From an uncultured candidate division Zixibacteria bacterium (GTDB lineage Bacteria; Zixibacteria; MSB-5A5; GN15; FEB-12), in the NCBI GenBank assembly GCA_963735035.1, contig CAVTJJ010000004.1:864001-928000 (forward strand): a stretch of DNA of 64,000 bases, written 5' to 3'. Under the pieces are notes generated by a model, which made no database searches, had not been told where the DNA came from, and saw only the letters and a program-made list of their open reading frames with translations. Shown piece after piece: positions 30,988 to 42,051 of the stretch (position 1 is the stretch's first letter; the number at the start of each line of letters is the position of its first letter). The position numbers and the translations under genes were made by a program.

Positions 30988-33972
30988 TTACACATGCGCG
31001 CCATGGCACTTCTTGTACTTCTTGCCGGAACCGCACGGACACGGAGCGTTCGGGCTGACTTTCGGTACCTCGCGACGCACGGTCGCGGCGCGTGTTCCGG
31101 CCTGCGAAGCCGCCGCCATCGGATTCGACTCGCCCGTTCCAGTCGGTCCCGCCGGTGGAGGAGTAGCCGCCGCGCCAGCATAGCCGAGATTGGTTGATTC
31201 CTGATGCGACGCCGTCATAGTCGGTGTTCGCTGTGTCTGGCGAGCCTGTTCGGCCACCTTTACCTGCAGCTTGTAGACCAGATTGACAATCTCGCGGTCG
31301 ATCGCCTTGATCATCTTCTCGAACATCCCGAACGCTTCGCTCTTGTAGATGTCGATCGGTTTGCCCATCTGGCCATGGTAGGCACGCAGGCCGATACCGG
31401 TGCGGAGTTCTTCGATCTCGGAAAGATGATCCCGCCAGTGGCGGTCGATAGTTGACAGGACGGCGTATCGTTCGAGCTGCCGCATGATATCGTCGCCGTA
31501 AGCCGTTTCTTTCTGATTATAGAATGAAGTGACAGCGCCGTGAATCATTTCGCGCAGTGATTCGCGGGTTAGCTTCGGAATATCTTCGTCCTTCAGGCGC
31601 AGGTCGAAAAGGAACACGGTGCGAAGGTCCTCGCGTAACTGTGCGATAGGCCAGTTTTCGGGCCATTCCTTTTCGGGGCAATGTTCGTCGATCAATTCAT
31701 CCAGCACGCTGTTGATCAGCTCGACAACCTCGTCTTTGATAGACGGCCGATCCAGCGCCGACAGACGACGTTCATAGATCCACTTGCGCTGGACATTCAT
31801 GACGTCGTCGTATTCGAGGGTGTGCTTTCTTATAGAGAAGTTCTGGGCTTCGATCTTCTGCTGCGCCCGCTCGATGGCGCGGGTCACCATCGGGTGCATG
31901 ATGACTTCGCCTTCTTTCACCCCGAGCTTATCCATGATGGTGCCGAGGCGGTCGCCGCCGAAAAGGCGCATCAGGTCGTCTTCGAGAGAAAGGAAGAACT
32001 TGGACGAGCCGGGGTCCCCCTGGCGGCCGGAACGTCCGCGCAATTGGCGGTCGATACGGCGTGACTCATGTCGTTCAGTACCGATAATGTGCAGGCCACC
32101 CTTGTCAACTACGCCGGTACCTAGTTTGATATCGGTACCGCGACCGGCCATGTTGGTGGCGATAGTCACTGCGCCGGGCTGCCCGGCCGACGCGACAATT
32201 TCGGCTTCGCGCTGGTGCTGCTTGGCGTTCAGAACGTTGTGATTGATCCCCGTGCGCTTGAGCATGCGGGAGAGAGTCTCGGAGACTTCGACCGACACGG
32301 TGCCGACCAGAACCGGCCGCCCCTCGTTGTGCATGGTCGTGATCTCTTCGATGATGGCATTGTACTTCTCGCGGCGGGTGCGATAGATTTCGTCGTCGAG
32401 GTCCTCGCGTATCACTGTCACGTTGGTAGGGATGACGACACAGTCGAGCTTGTAGATATCCCAGAATTCACCCGCTTCGGTTTCCGCGGTGCCGGTCATG
32501 CCGGCCAGTTTTTCATACATGCGGAAATAATTCTGCAGGGTGATCGTGGCGAGGGTCTGGCTCTCGGCCTCGATCCTGACACCTTCTTTGGCTTCAATCG
32601 CCTGGTGAAGACCGTCGGAATACCGCCGTCCGGGAAGAATTCGGCCGGTAAATTCGTCGACAATCATCACCCGACCTTCCTGGATGACGTACTCGACGTC
32701 CTTCTCATAGAGCGTGTAGGCACGCAGGAGCTGGTTGATGGCGTGAACTTTTTCGGAGCGCTCGGAGTGCAGGTGGTAGGCGTCCTCGGTCTTCTTCTGA
32801 CGTTCCGTGTCGGACAACGACGTATCGCCGTCAATCTCAGACAACATCGTCGAGAGATCGGGAATTTCGAACAAGATCTGTTCGGACTTGGGAAGCTGGG
32901 CGGTGCCGAGGTCGGTCAGGGCGATGGCGTGTTCGCGTTCGTCCATGAAGTAGTAGAGATGGTCATCGATCTCGTGCAGCTTCTTGTCGCGCATGTACGA
33001 CGATTCCACTTCGGTCTTCAATCGCTGCATGCCGGATTCTTTGAGGATCTTCAACAAGCGCTTGTTTTTCGGGGCGCCCCGGCTGACGGTGAGCATGAGG
33101 GTGCCCAGTTCGTACTCGTCTTCGGACTTTTGCGATTCCGCCAGTTGCTCCGCTTTGGTCAGCATTTCATTGATGAGGGCCATCTGTCGGCGGGCCAGTT
33201 CCGAAACGGTCGGCTTCATTTCCCGATACCGGTCATGAACGTTGGAGTGTTCGACCAGACCGGATATGATCAGCGGGGTACGGGCTTCGTCAATAAGGAT
33301 CGAGTCGACTTCATCGATGATGGCATAATTGTAACCGCGATGGACCCGGTCATCGGCCCGCTGGGCCATGTTGTCGCGCAGGTAGTCGAAACCGAACTCG
33401 TTGGCGGTGCCGAAAGTGACGTCGCACAAATACATGTCGCGACGCTCGGTGTTAGTCATCTGGTTCTGAATGACACCGACTGTCAGGCCGAGGTATTTGT
33501 AGATCTGGCCCATCCATTCGGAGTCGCGGAGAGCCAGGTAATCGTTGACCGTCACGACATGCACGCCCTTACCGGTCAGGGCGTTGAGGTAGGTAGCCAG
33601 GGTGGCGACCAGCGTTTTGCCTTCACCGGTGGCCATCTCAGCGATCTTGCCTTCGTGAAGCACCACGCCGCCGAGCAACTGGCAGTCGAAGTGGACCATG
33701 TTCCACTCGGTGGGAATGCCGGCCACTTTCCAGGACTGGCCGACATGACGGCGGCAGGCTTCTTTGACCACCGCGAACGCTTCGCACATGATGTCGTCAA
33801 CGGTCTCGCCGTCCTCTAACCTTTTGCGGAACTCAGTCGTCTTGGCCTTCAGCTCTTCTTCAGAAAGCTTGTACAGTTCGGCGAAGTGTTCGTTTATTTC
33901 AAGGCCAAACGGCGAAAGGCGTTTGACTTCGCGGTCATGTTTGGTACCGAAGATTTTTGTCAGCAGGCTCAT
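30988..33972 (-). CDS. secA: Preprotein translocase subunit SecA
   Basis: [58 protein letters not shown]-terminal [13 protein letters not shown]. Confidence 0.99.
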   Translation of the reverse strand: MSLLTKIFGTKHDREVKRLSPFGLEINEHFAELYKLSEEELKAKTTEFRKRLEDGETVDDIMCEAFAVVKEACRRHVGQSWKVAGIPTEWNMVHFDCQLLGGVVLHEGKIAEMATGEGKTLVATLATYLNALTGKGVHVVTVNDYLALRDSEWMGQIYKYLGLTVGVIQNQMTNTERRDMYLCDVTFGTANEFGFDYLRDNMAQRADDRVHRGYNYAIIDEVDSILIDEARTPLIISGLVEHSNVHDRYREMKPTVSELARRQMALINEMLTKAEQLAESQKSEDEYELGTLMLTVSRGAPKNKRLLKILKESGMQRLKTEVESSYMRDKKLHEIDDHLYYFMDEREHAIALTDLGTAQLPKSEQILFEIPDLSTMLSEIDGDTSLSDTERQKKTEDAYHLHSERSEKVHAINQLLRAYTLYEKDVEYVIQEGRVMIVDEFTGRILPGRRYSDGLHQAIEAKEGVRIEAESQTLATITLQNYFRMYEKLAGMTGTAETEAGEFWDIYKLDCVVIPTNVTVIREDLDDEIYRTRREKYNAIIEEITTMHNEGRPVLVGTVSVEVSETLSRMLKRTGINHNVLNAKQHQREAEIVASAGQPGAVTIATNMAGRGTDIKLGTGVVDKGGLHIIGTERHESRRIDRQLRGRSGRQGDPGSSKFFLSLEDDLMRLFGGDRLGTIMDKLGVKEGEVIMHPMVTRAIERAQQKIEAQNFSIRKHTLEYDDVMNVQRKWIYERRLSALDRPSIKDEVVELINSVLDELIDEHCPEKEWPENWPIAQLREDLRTVFLFDLRLKDEDIPKLTRESLREMIHGAVTSFYNQKETAYGDDIMRQLERYAVLSTIDRHWRDHLSEIEELRTGIGLRAYHGQMGKPIDIYKSEAFGMFEKMIKAIDREIVNLVYKLQVKVAEQARQTQRTPTMTASHQESTNLGYAGAAATPPPAGPTGTGESNPMAAASQAGTRAATVRREVPKVSPNAPCPCGSGKKYKKCHGAHV

Positions 33973-34104
33973 TCTTATCCCAATCCGTTATACAAGTCGG
34001 CCAAGGATACGAAAACAATTCCATTTAGGCAATTGGTGTGTAACCGAACGGTTCTCTCAGACTGGGGGCTTGTGGCTTGTCTGACAAATGGTTACCTTTA
34101 GGCT

Positions 34105-35010
34105 ATGGCGGAAACGTTTCCTGGCGTAGTAGTGGCTGGCAGAGGCAAGCGGTATGAGGTCCTGGCGGAGGATCACAGCCGGTGGCAATGTGAGGTGCGC
34201 CAGAAACTCAAACAGGGGGAAAGGCTCTCCAGTCCGGTGGCGGTCGGCGACGACGTACTGTTCACCAAGTCGCAGGAAGGTACCGGGGCTATCGACAAAG
34301 TCTTCCCCCGGCGCTCGGTTTTCTCCCGACCGCTCAAAGGTGACCAAAAGGTTCAGCAAGTCATCGCAGCGAATTTGGATCAACTGGCGGTGGTGGTTTC
34401 GGTGCGCAACCCGACGCTCAAGACAGGACTGGTTGATCGTTGTCTGGTTGCGGCGCAATATGGTCGGCTAAGCCCGTTGATTATCTTCAATAAGATTGAT
34501 CTTGGATCAGACGACGATTTTGACAGCATTGTCGCCGCCTACCGAGGTATCGGGCTGGCCGTGTTCGTAGTGTCGGCCACCACGAATATGGGGCTTGAGG
34601 TGCTTCCGGCCGCCCTGTCTGGTCACCGAACGCTGTTTACGGGTCACTCCGGGGTGGGTAAATCGGCGCTGTTGAATCAGTTGATTCCGGGTGCGGACAT
34701 CCGCACAGGTGAGGTCTCGGATTACTCCGACCGGGGCATACACACGACTTCAGGAGTCGAGTTCTACGATCTCCCGTTTGGCGGGTTCGCGGTCGATTCA
34801 CCCGGTCTGAAAGTTATGGGGCTGTGGGAAATCAACCGCGAAGACCTGGCGGCGTATTATCCTGATTTTGAGCCGTTCCTGGGAGATTGCCGCTTTCAGC
34901 CCTGCTCGCACTCCCACGAGCCCAATTGCGCGGTCAAGACCGCGGTGGAAGAAGGACGGATCGCACGCTTTCGCTACGACAACTATCTGGCGATCCGCGA
35001 GTCACTCTAA
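34105..35010 (+). CDS. rsgA: Ribosome small subunit-dependent GTPase A
   Basis: [41 protein letters not shown]. Confidence 0.96.
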   Translation: MAETFPGVVVAGRGKRYEVLAEDHSRWQCEVRQKLKQGERLSSPVAVGDDVLFTKSQEGTGAIDKVFPRRSVFSRPLKGDQKVQQVIAANLDQLAVVVSVRNPTLKTGLVDRCLVAAQYGRLSPLIIFNKIDLGSDDDFDSIVAAYRGIGLAVFVVSATTNMGLEVLPAALSGHRTLFTGHSGVGKSALLNQLIPGADIRTGEVSDYSDRGIHTTSGVEFYDLPFGGFAVDSPGLKVMGLWEINREDLAAYYPDFEPFLGDCRFQPCSHSHEPNCAVKTAVEEGRIARFRYDNYLAIRESL

Positions 35011-35022
35011 GCGGCGAAAAGG

Positions 35023-35049
35023 TCAGGAGAACGCCCGGACCGCCGATAA
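35023..35049 (+). promoter_or_regulatory. sigma28(FliA)-like promoter upstream of the GH57 gene
   Basis: TCAG-N15-GCCGATAA, same architecture as the site upstream of lon. Confidence 0.5.
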
Positions 35050-35118
35050 TCAGAGCATTGGGGAAACCCGGGTCGTCGAACGACTGTTGTGACTAACTGA
35101 AACCGGAGCACTGTTCGC

Positions 35119-37287
35119 ATGGCACGATTCAAACTCGCCTTTGGCATACACAACCACCAGCCGGTGGGGAATTTTTCCGCGGTCTTCGAAGAAGCGCACC
35201 AGAAATCATATCTGCCCTTCTTGAAACTGATGTCCGAGCACCCGTCGATCCGGTTCTCGCTGCATCAGTCCGGCATTCTCTGGGACTGGCAGAAGGCGGC
35301 CCACTCCGATTATTTCCAACTGGTCGGGTCGCTGGTCGACCGGGGCCAGGTCGAATTGATGACCGGCGGGTTTTACGAACCGATCCTGACTTCGATTCCC
35401 GAACGCGACGCGCTGGGGCAGATCGCGAAATTGACAACTTATCTTGCATCCCATTTCGGAGCCCGGCCCGCCGGTCTATGGCTGACCGAACGAATCTGGG
35501 AGCCGCATCTACCCAAGCTGCTCGCCGAGGCGGGAGTGCGGTACCTTCCGGTTGACGACACCCATTTCATCTACGCCGGGTTTGAGCAGTCACAACTCAC
35601 CGGGCCGTTTGTAACCGAAAATGAAGGCCGAGCCGTAATTCTGTTGCCGATTCAGAAACGCCTGAGGTATCTCATCCCGTTCGGGACCGTGGAAAATGTA
35701 ATCGCGGAACTTCGTCAGCAGGCGGAGCGTAATCCGGACGGTCTCGCGGTCTATGCCGATGATGGCGAAAAATTCGGCGTCTGGCCCAAGACCTATGAAC
35801 ACTGCTATCGGGACGGCTGGCTGCACCGGTTCATGGAAGCGCTCGAACGCGAATCGAGCTGGCTCGAGGTCGTGCCGTTGGGCGAAGCGGCCGCGTTCGA
35901 ACCGGCGGGGAGAGCTTATCTGCCGACTGCTTCTTACGAAGAAATGCTCCATTGGGCGCTGCCGCCGACCGCGTTTCTCGAATACGAAAATTTCGTGCAC
36001 TGGCTGGATGACTGTGGGAAGAAGACTCAGTACGGGCGGTTTGTCCGGGGCGGTCACTGGCGCGGTTTCCTGGCGAAATACGAAGAATCCAACCTGATGC
36101 ACAAGAAGATGCTTCGAGTGTCCGACCGTCTGGCCGCACTCGAAACAGGATCCAAAGCCGGAAGAGCCGATCTGTCAGCCATTCGTGAGCACTTGTATGC
36201 GTCGCAGTGCAACTGTCCCTACTGGCATGGTGTTTTCGGCGGCCTGTATCTCCCACACATTCGTCAGGGTGTCTATGGTCACATGGTCCAGGCTTCCAAG
36301 GCTCTGCAGGTGGTGACTGGCGAACCGGCGACCATCCGACAGGAAGATTACGACCGCGATGGCCATGATGAACTACTGTTTGACAGTCACTCACTCAGCG
36401 CGGTCATTCGTCCGCGTCGAGGTGGATCTCTGGTGGAACTCTGCCTGAATGAACTCGGCCTCAATGTCACCGACACGCTCACTCGGCGCCGCGAAGGGTA
36501 CCACCTCAAACTGGATCAGGCGGTGCGTTCAGAACAGGCCAACGGCCAGGCCTCGATTCACGATCTGGTACTCGCCAAGGAAGACGGTTTGAAGCAGTAC
36601 CTGGTCGAAGACTGGTATCTGAAGCGCTGCTTTATTGACCACTTCTTGACTGAGGACACCGATTTTGCACTGTTCCGCACGGGCACTTTTGGCGAAGAAG
36701 GGGATTTCGTACTCGAACCGTACGAGTTCAAGTTCGATCCGCGACGTCTTCGCATTTCTTTGCGCCGGGACGGTTGCATCAGACGGCCAGCCGGTGAGAT
36801 TCCCGTTACGGTGTCAAAAGAGTTCCGTTTCCGAGAAGACGCCGACACGTTCGAGGTGGCCTATGAGCTGTCATCGCGGCACCCGGGCGGCATCGACGTC
36901 CGCTTTGCAGTCGAGAACAGTTTCAATTTTCAAGCGGGTCATGCCGAAGACCGGTACGTTGTTATCGACGGTCGGAAACCGGCCGAGGCGTTCTTGGATT
37001 CGTCGGGAACGACTAATAAGGCTCACACGATCGCTCTGGCGGATGAATACCGCTCGGCGGCGGTAGCGATTTCTTCCGAACTGCCCGCCGAACTGTGGCG
37101 GACCCCGATATTCACGGTTTCACTCTCTGAAGGCGGTTTCGAAAAGGTCTATCAGGGCACGACCGTGGTGCATCGCTATCAGTTGCGGCTGACCGAAAAG
37201 CCGATCCGTCTGGTCATGACGGTTCGTGGCGGGGCTTTGTCGCAGGTACTACAGCAGGCTGTAGCGGCTGTGGGCACAATGAGTTGA
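35119..37287 (+). CDS. GH57 alpha-amylase / 4-alpha-glucanotransferase
   Basis: HNHQPVGN, GGFYEPIL, WLTERIWEP, DDGEKFGVWP, SQCNCPYWHGVFGGLYLPHIR, SLSEGGFEKVYQG. Confidence 0.95.
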   Translation: MARFKLAFGIHNHQPVGNFSAVFEEAHQKSYLPFLKLMSEHPSIRFSLHQSGILWDWQKAAHSDYFQLVGSLVDRGQVELMTGGFYEPILTSIPERDALGQIAKLTTYLASHFGARPAGLWLTERIWEPHLPKLLAEAGVRYLPVDDTHFIYAGFEQSQLTGPFVTENEGRAVILLPIQKRLRYLIPFGTVENVIAELRQQAERNPDGLAVYADDGEKFGVWPKTYEHCYRDGWLHRFMEALERESSWLEVVPLGEAAAFEPAGRAYLPTASYEEMLHWALPPTAFLEYENFVHWLDDCGKKTQYGRFVRGGHWRGFLAKYEESNLMHKKMLRVSDRLAALETGSKAGRADLSAIREHLYASQCNCPYWHGVFGGLYLPHIRQGVYGHMVQASKALQVVTGEPATIRQEDYDRDGHDELLFDSHSLSAVIRPRRGGSLVELCLNELGLNVTDTLTRRREGYHLKLDQAVRSEQANGQASIHDLVLAKEDGLKQYLVEDWYLKRCFIDHFLTEDTDFALFRTGTFGEEGDFVLEPYEFKFDPRRLRISLRRDGCIRRPAGEIPVTVSKEFRFREDADTFEVAYELSSRHPGGIDVRFAVENSFNFQAGHAEDRYVVIDGRKPAEAFLDSSGTTNKAHTIALADEYRSAAVAISSELPAELWRTPIFTVSLSEGGFEKVYQGTTVVHRYQLRLTEKPIRLVMTVRGGALSQVLQQAVAAVGTMS

Positions 37288-37361
37288 CAAGTTCGGGGTC
37301 TTCTGCGCTGTCCCGGAATTGATGTTGGAATTTGGGGAGTCCCGCGATATCTTGTCGGGCG

Positions 37362-38189
37362 ATGCTCGATCAGGTCGTTGAAATCATACAGAAATCCACG
37401 TCAGTGGCGGTCCTGACCGGGGCAGGCATCTCAGCCGAGTCCGGAGTCCCAACTTTTCGGGGCGACCAGGGACTTTGGAAGAAGTACCGCCCCGAGCAAC
37501 TGGCCACCATGGAAGCGTTTCGGGCCACTCCTGAGACTGTCTGGGAATGGTATCTCTGGCGGCGCGGGGTTATATCCAAGACCAAACCCAACCCCGGCCA
37601 CTATGCTCTCAGAGACCTGGCCGAACTGGTGGACGATTTTACTCTCATCACGCAAAATGTTGATAACCTGCATCGTCTGGCCGGATCGACCCGTATTCTG
37701 GAACTCCACGGCAATATCTTCCGCAACAAGTGCGTTGACTGCAACCGTCCTATGGCAAGCGACTTGGTCATCACACCCAACACCTTGCCGACCTGTTCCG
37801 CCTGCGGTGGGCGAGTTCGACCCGATGTCGTCTGGTTTGGAGAGGGTCTGCCGGTCGAGGTGATTGAAGAGGCGTACTCGGTATCGGAACGGGCTGAGGT
37901 GTTCTTCTCAATAGGGACTTCGACCGTGGTACATCCAGCCGCTTCGTTGCCGCTAATGGCCAAGCGCGGGGGGGCCACGCTGATCGAAATCAACCCGGAA
38001 CGAACTCCCCTGAGTAAATATTGCGACTTCTCCTTTCGGTCGAATTCCGGTGACATTCTTCCCAAGTTGACGGCTCAACTCAGGACCGCCCTAAGTGACC
38101 GGGGCAGTGAAAGAACCTGTCGGGGAGCGGTGAACGCCCGACCCCGCTCAGACGTACAAGAGTCACGGAATGACGGAAAGCGGCTCTGA
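37362..38189 (+). CDS. cobB: NAD-dependent protein deacylase (sirtuin)
   Basis: GAGISAESGVPTFRG, TQNVDNLH, LHGN, CxxC...CxxC, RPDVVWFGE, GTS. Confidence 0.95.
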   Translation: MLDQVVEIIQKSTSVAVLTGAGISAESGVPTFRGDQGLWKKYRPEQLATMEAFRATPETVWEWYLWRRGVISKTKPNPGHYALRDLAELVDDFTLITQNVDNLHRLAGSTRILELHGNIFRNKCVDCNRPMASDLVITPNTLPTCSACGGRVRPDVVWFGEGLPVEVIEEAYSVSERAEVFFSIGTSTVVHPAASLPLMAKRGGATLIEINPERTPLSKYCDFSFRSNSGDILPKLTAQLRTALSDRGSERTCRGAVNARPRSDVQESRNDGKRL

Positions 38190-38192
38190 TAC

Positions 38193-40346
38193 ATGAACCT
38201 AAGAATCGGCCACAAATTTCTCTGGATCCTCTTGATTGCCACGGTGGCGGTCGCCTCCGGGTGCAGCGTATACTTCAACACGTTCTTCAATGCCAAGAAG
38301 GCGTTCAATGCCGCGGAGAAAGCCCGCAAAGCCAGTGCGCGGCAGGAAGCCGGACAAAACGACTATCAGAAGGCGATTGAAAAAGCGCTCAAGGTTGTCG
38401 AAAACCATCCCAACTCTAAATATTACGACGATGCCGTCTACGTGCTGGGAGTGTCGTACTTTCATACCAAGCAGTACGGCAAGGCGGAACGACGTTTCCG
38501 CGAACTACTGGCCAACTTCCCCGATTCGAAGTACACGAAAGATGCCAATCTATACCTGGCCAAATCGAAACTCGCGCTGGGAGATATGGACGAAGCCCTG
38601 GCGACTTTCGCCCAGATATTCGAATCAAACTCTACGAAGGAATTCAAGGCCGAGGCGGCGCTGGCCCTCGGGGCGCACCATCAGGAGCTTAAGGAATACG
38701 ATCAGGCCAGGCGTTATTTCCAGGCTCTGCGCGACTCGCTGGGGGATCCGTTGACCGCCCGTAATGCGCAAATGATGATTGCCGACGGGTATTTCGAGTC
38801 GTTCAAGTTCTTTGACGCCCGGGGCGCTTACCTTCAGGCCATCGGCATGAACCCGGACAAGAAAGAAAAGTATCATGCCCTTTTCTACTCGGCCCTGTGT
38901 TCATTTCGGCTTCAGGCTATCGATGTCGGACTTGGGTATCTCGACCAGCTTGCCGGCGACGAATTGTACTTCGACTCTCTGGGCGTGCTGAAATTGACCA
39001 AGGCCGAAGGGTACGAATACGACGACGACTTGCTGTCGGCGGAGGCGATGTACGAGGATGTCGCTACCACGAGCGAGGACAAGTCCCTGCAGGCCCGCGC
39101 CCTTTATCGACTCGGTTTGATCTACCAAATTGACTACAATGATCTCAAGAAAGCCAAAGAATATTACGACAAGTCAGTCGAGGTGGACCGGAATTCACCG
39201 GTGCGCAGCGATGCCATCATGCGTTCGTCCGATATCGGCAAAATTGAATCTTTCACTCGTACGACGCTGGATTCTACTGCCACACCCGCCGCGATCGATG
39301 AGGCGGCGTATGCCCAGTACCTACTGGCTGAACTCTTCTGGCAGAAATTGAATCAACCCGACTCGGCCATAGCCGAAATGCGATATCTGGTGGATTCATT
39401 CTCAACGTCCTATTATGCGCCGCAGGCCCTGGTGGCCCTGGCTCAGATGACTCGCGACAAGACCGGCGATAACAACGTTCCCGATAGCCTATTGAGGGCT
39501 ATGCTTCAGAAGTATCCCCATTCGGATTTCGTGCCCGACGCCCTCGAGGCGCTTGGTCTGAAAGGAACCGCCGCCGATACCGGATACGCGGCGCTGTGGA
39601 TCAATCGCGCGGAGAATTATCTGATCGACAACAAGAACGCCGATTCAGCGATGGCCTGCTACCAGTACGTGGTAGACAACTACCCGGACTCAAGATACAA
39701 CGTATCATCCCGCTTCGCGTTCATCTGGCTCAAAGACAATTATCGAGCCCCCGGCGACTCAAGCATCTACTACGAATACAAGCAATTTGTCGATTCATTC
39801 CCCGGCAACGAATGGGCCGCTCTGGCTCAGAGACAAATTTCGGTGAAGGGAGAGGCGCCGCCGGTAGCAGTGGCTGTCCCGGAGGGACAAGTCGAGGGAG
39901 AGGGGACGATTGACGAGCGCGAGGCTGCACGAGACAGCACGCGGGGGCCGGATGTGCCCGACACCGCCCAGACCTACATCGATCCGATGGTGGCGCTCTA
40001 CCGCCGGGGCAACGACACCCTGGTCGAGTTGCGCCTTCAACCCATTGAGACGCAGGCAATCTTCGAGTTCCCCCAGGAGGCGGCCATCGGTTCCCAGCAC
40101 GATTGGAAGCTGTATTTCCAATTGCTCATTGATTTCTCGGGCAAAGTAGTGGATTATTCGCTGAAGATTCCGTCGGGTATCGAGGAACTCGACAAGCGGG
40201 TCAGCGAGACGGTGGCTTCGATGACTTTTGACGCCATGGAAGTATCAAACCGGGTTGTCGATGCTGGGCAGACGGAAAAGAAGACCGAAGAAGGATACTG
40301 GTTTGTCTATATGTATGCCGTGACGAAACCGGAATACCTGCGATGA
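38193..40346 (+). CDS. TPR-repeat lipoprotein with TonB-C-like C-terminal domain
   Basis: Lipobox VASGC, YFNTFFNAKKAF, many TPR units; C-terminal FEFPQEA...LLIDFSGKVVDYSLKIPSGIEELDKRV. Confidence 0.8.
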   Translation: MNLRIGHKFLWILLIATVAVASGCSVYFNTFFNAKKAFNAAEKARKASARQEAGQNDYQKAIEKALKVVENHPNSKYYDDAVYVLGVSYFHTKQYGKAERRFRELLANFPDSKYTKDANLYLAKSKLALGDMDEALATFAQIFESNSTKEFKAEAALALGAHHQELKEYDQARRYFQALRDSLGDPLTARNAQMMIADGYFESFKFFDARGAYLQAIGMNPDKKEKYHALFYSALCSFRLQAIDVGLGYLDQLAGDELYFDSLGVLKLTKAEGYEYDDDLLSAEAMYEDVATTSEDKSLQARALYRLGLIYQIDYNDLKKAKEYYDKSVEVDRNSPVRSDAIMRSSDIGKIESFTRTTLDSTATPAAIDEAAYAQYLLAELFWQKLNQPDSAIAEMRYLVDSFSTSYYAPQALVALAQMTRDKTGDNNVPDSLLRAMLQKYPHSDFVPDALEALGLKGTAADTGYAALWINRAENYLIDNKNADSAMACYQYVVDNYPDSRYNVSSRFAFIWLKDNYRAPGDSSIYYEYKQFVDSFPGNEWAALAQRQISVKGEAPPVAVAVPEGQVEGEGTIDEREAARDSTRGPDVPDTAQTYIDPMVALYRRGNDTLVELRLQPIETQAIFEFPQEAAIGSQHDWKLYFQLLIDFSGKVVDYSLKIPSGIEELDKRVSETVASMTFDAMEVSNRVVDAGQTEKKTEEGYWFVYMYAVTKPEYLR

Positions 40347-41137
40347 AGAAATACGATTCCACGGTTGTTGAAATTCTCCGGCTGCGTCATCTGTCTCGCG
40401 ACTATTATTCTCTTAAGCTTGGTCCCTGGGATCGCTCGGCCAAGTGTCAGCCCGGGCAGTTTATCCACGTGCGGCTGTCAGGTACTGAAGTTTATCTACG
40501 CCGGGCCATGTCGATAGCCGCCGTCGATCCTGATTCAGGCGAAATAGAAATCATATTCAAAGTCTTCGGTCGGGGTACCCGGCTTCTCTCACAATGTCAT
40601 TCGGGCGACAAACTGGATGTGCTAGGACCTCTTGGTGTGCCGTTCAGTATGCCACGCAAGAACGACACCTGCATAATGGTCGGGGGTGGGGTCGGTTTCC
40701 CACCGCTATATTTTCTGGCTACTCGTCTAGTGGCCGATGGCCGTGACCCGAAGTCCATAGAGTTCTTTTACGGTGGTCGCACCGATGGTGAGATAGTCGA
40801 GCGACCCCGAATACGTCGCCTGGGCGTGCGTTTTCACCCGGTTACGGACGACGGTACCTTTGGCGCCAAAGGTCTTGTGACCGAGGTGGTTGACGATTTC
40901 CTAAAATCCGGCAAGGTGAAGAATCCCCGCATTTATGCCTGTGGACCCGAGGCGATGTTGAAAGCGACCGACGAACTGGCTCTACGCCACGGGGTCCCCG
41001 GCCAGGTATCGCTCGAAGCGCCTATGCCGTGTGGTTACGGCGTCTGTCTTGGCTGCGTGGTACCGCTCAGGGCTGGAGGCCACGCCCGTGTGTGTAGAGA
41101 AGGTCCCGTATTTGAGATTGGGGAGGTGCTGTTGTGA
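40343..41137 (+). CDS. pyrK: Dihydroorotate dehydrogenase electron transfer subunit
   Basis: PGQF, GPLG, GGGVG, ACGP, MPCGYGVCLGC...VCREGPVF. Confidence 0.95.
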   Translation: MKKYDSTVVEILRLRHLSRDYYSLKLGPWDRSAKCQPGQFIHVRLSGTEVYLRRAMSIAAVDPDSGEIEIIFKVFGRGTRLLSQCHSGDKLDVLGPLGVPFSMPRKNDTCIMVGGGVGFPPLYFLATRLVADGRDPKSIEFFYGGRTDGEIVERPRIRRLGVRFHPVTDDGTFGAKGLVTEVVDDFLKSGKVKNPRIYACGPEAMLKATDELALRHGVPGQVSLEAPMPCGYGVCLGCVVPLRAGGHARVCREGPVFEIGEVLL

Positions 41138-42051
41138 AACCCGATCTCTCGGTCACGATCGCCGGGATAACATTTGCCAACCCGATCATGACCGCCTCGG
41201 GCTGTTGCGGCTACGGCGAAGAACTGGCCGAGGTGTTTCCGCTTTCTCGTCTGGGCGCTCTGGTTACTAAGTCAGTGACGCTCAATCCCCGGCTTGGCCA
41301 CCCACCGCCACGCACCGCCGAAACCGCTTCGGGCATGCTCAACGCCATCGGTCTGGCCAATGTCGGTATAGACAAATTCATTTCCGACAAACTGCCGTTT
41401 CTCGAAAAGCAGAAGACCCGGGTGATTGTCAATGTCGCCGGTTCCTCGGCGTCGGAATATATCGAAGTTTGCAGCCGCCTTAACGATTGCCCCCGGGTGG
41501 ACATGATCGAGTTGAACATCTCCTGTCCGAATGTCAGCGAAGGTGGCATCGAGATTGGCACGAATCCGGCAATGACCGAACGGATAATGGCCGATGTCCG
41601 CAAAGTGTTCAGTCGCCCGATTATCGCCAAACTGACACCCAACGTCACCGACATCACGGCAATCGCCAAAGCCGCCGAGGCGGGCGGGGCCGATGCTTTG
41701 TCGCTCATCAACACGTTGATTGGCACTTCGATCGATATCCACACCTGGCGCCCCCGACTTACCAATAATCGCGGGGGATTGTCCGGCCCGGCGATTAAAC
41801 CGGTGGCGCTGGCCATGGTGGATCGCGTATATAATTGCACCAGGCTCCCGCTGATCGGCATCGGCGGAATATCCAGCGCTGCCGACGTGGTGGAGTTCAT
41901 GCTCGTGGGAGCGACGGCGGTACAGATCGGTACGGCGCTGTTCGTTCAGCCCGACGCCCCGGTCAGAATCGCCGAAGATCTTAAGGCTTACTTGAGCCAG
42001 AAGAAATTGACTTCGGTAAGCGAACTGGTTGGCAAAGTTAGGAAGTACTAA
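41134..42051 (+). CDS. pyrD: Dihydroorotate dehydrogenase (family 1B)
   Basis: NPIMTASG, MLNAIGL, ELNISCPN, KLTPN, GGLSGPAIKPVAL. Confidence 0.97.
   Translation: MKPDLSVTIAGITFANPIMTASGCCGYGEELAEVFPLSRLGALVTKSVTLNPRLGHPPPRTAETASGMLNAIGLANVGIDKFISDKLPFLEKQKTRVIVNVAGSSASEYIEVCSRLNDCPRVDMIELNISCPNVSEGGIEIGTNPAMTERIMADVRKVFSRPIIAKLTPNVTDITAIAKAAEAGGADALSLINTLIGTSIDIHTWRPRLTNNRGGLSGPAIKPVALAMVDRVYNCTRLPLIGIGGISSAADVVEFMLVGATAVQIGTALFVQPDAPVRIAEDLKAYLSQKKLTSVSELVGKVRKY

Noticed and set aside
32215..33819. 534-aa plus-strand ORF and other long antisense ORFs (e.g. 2270-3172, 41272-42060, 112-693)
   Set aside because: Shadow frames opposite well-identified genes in GC-rich DNA
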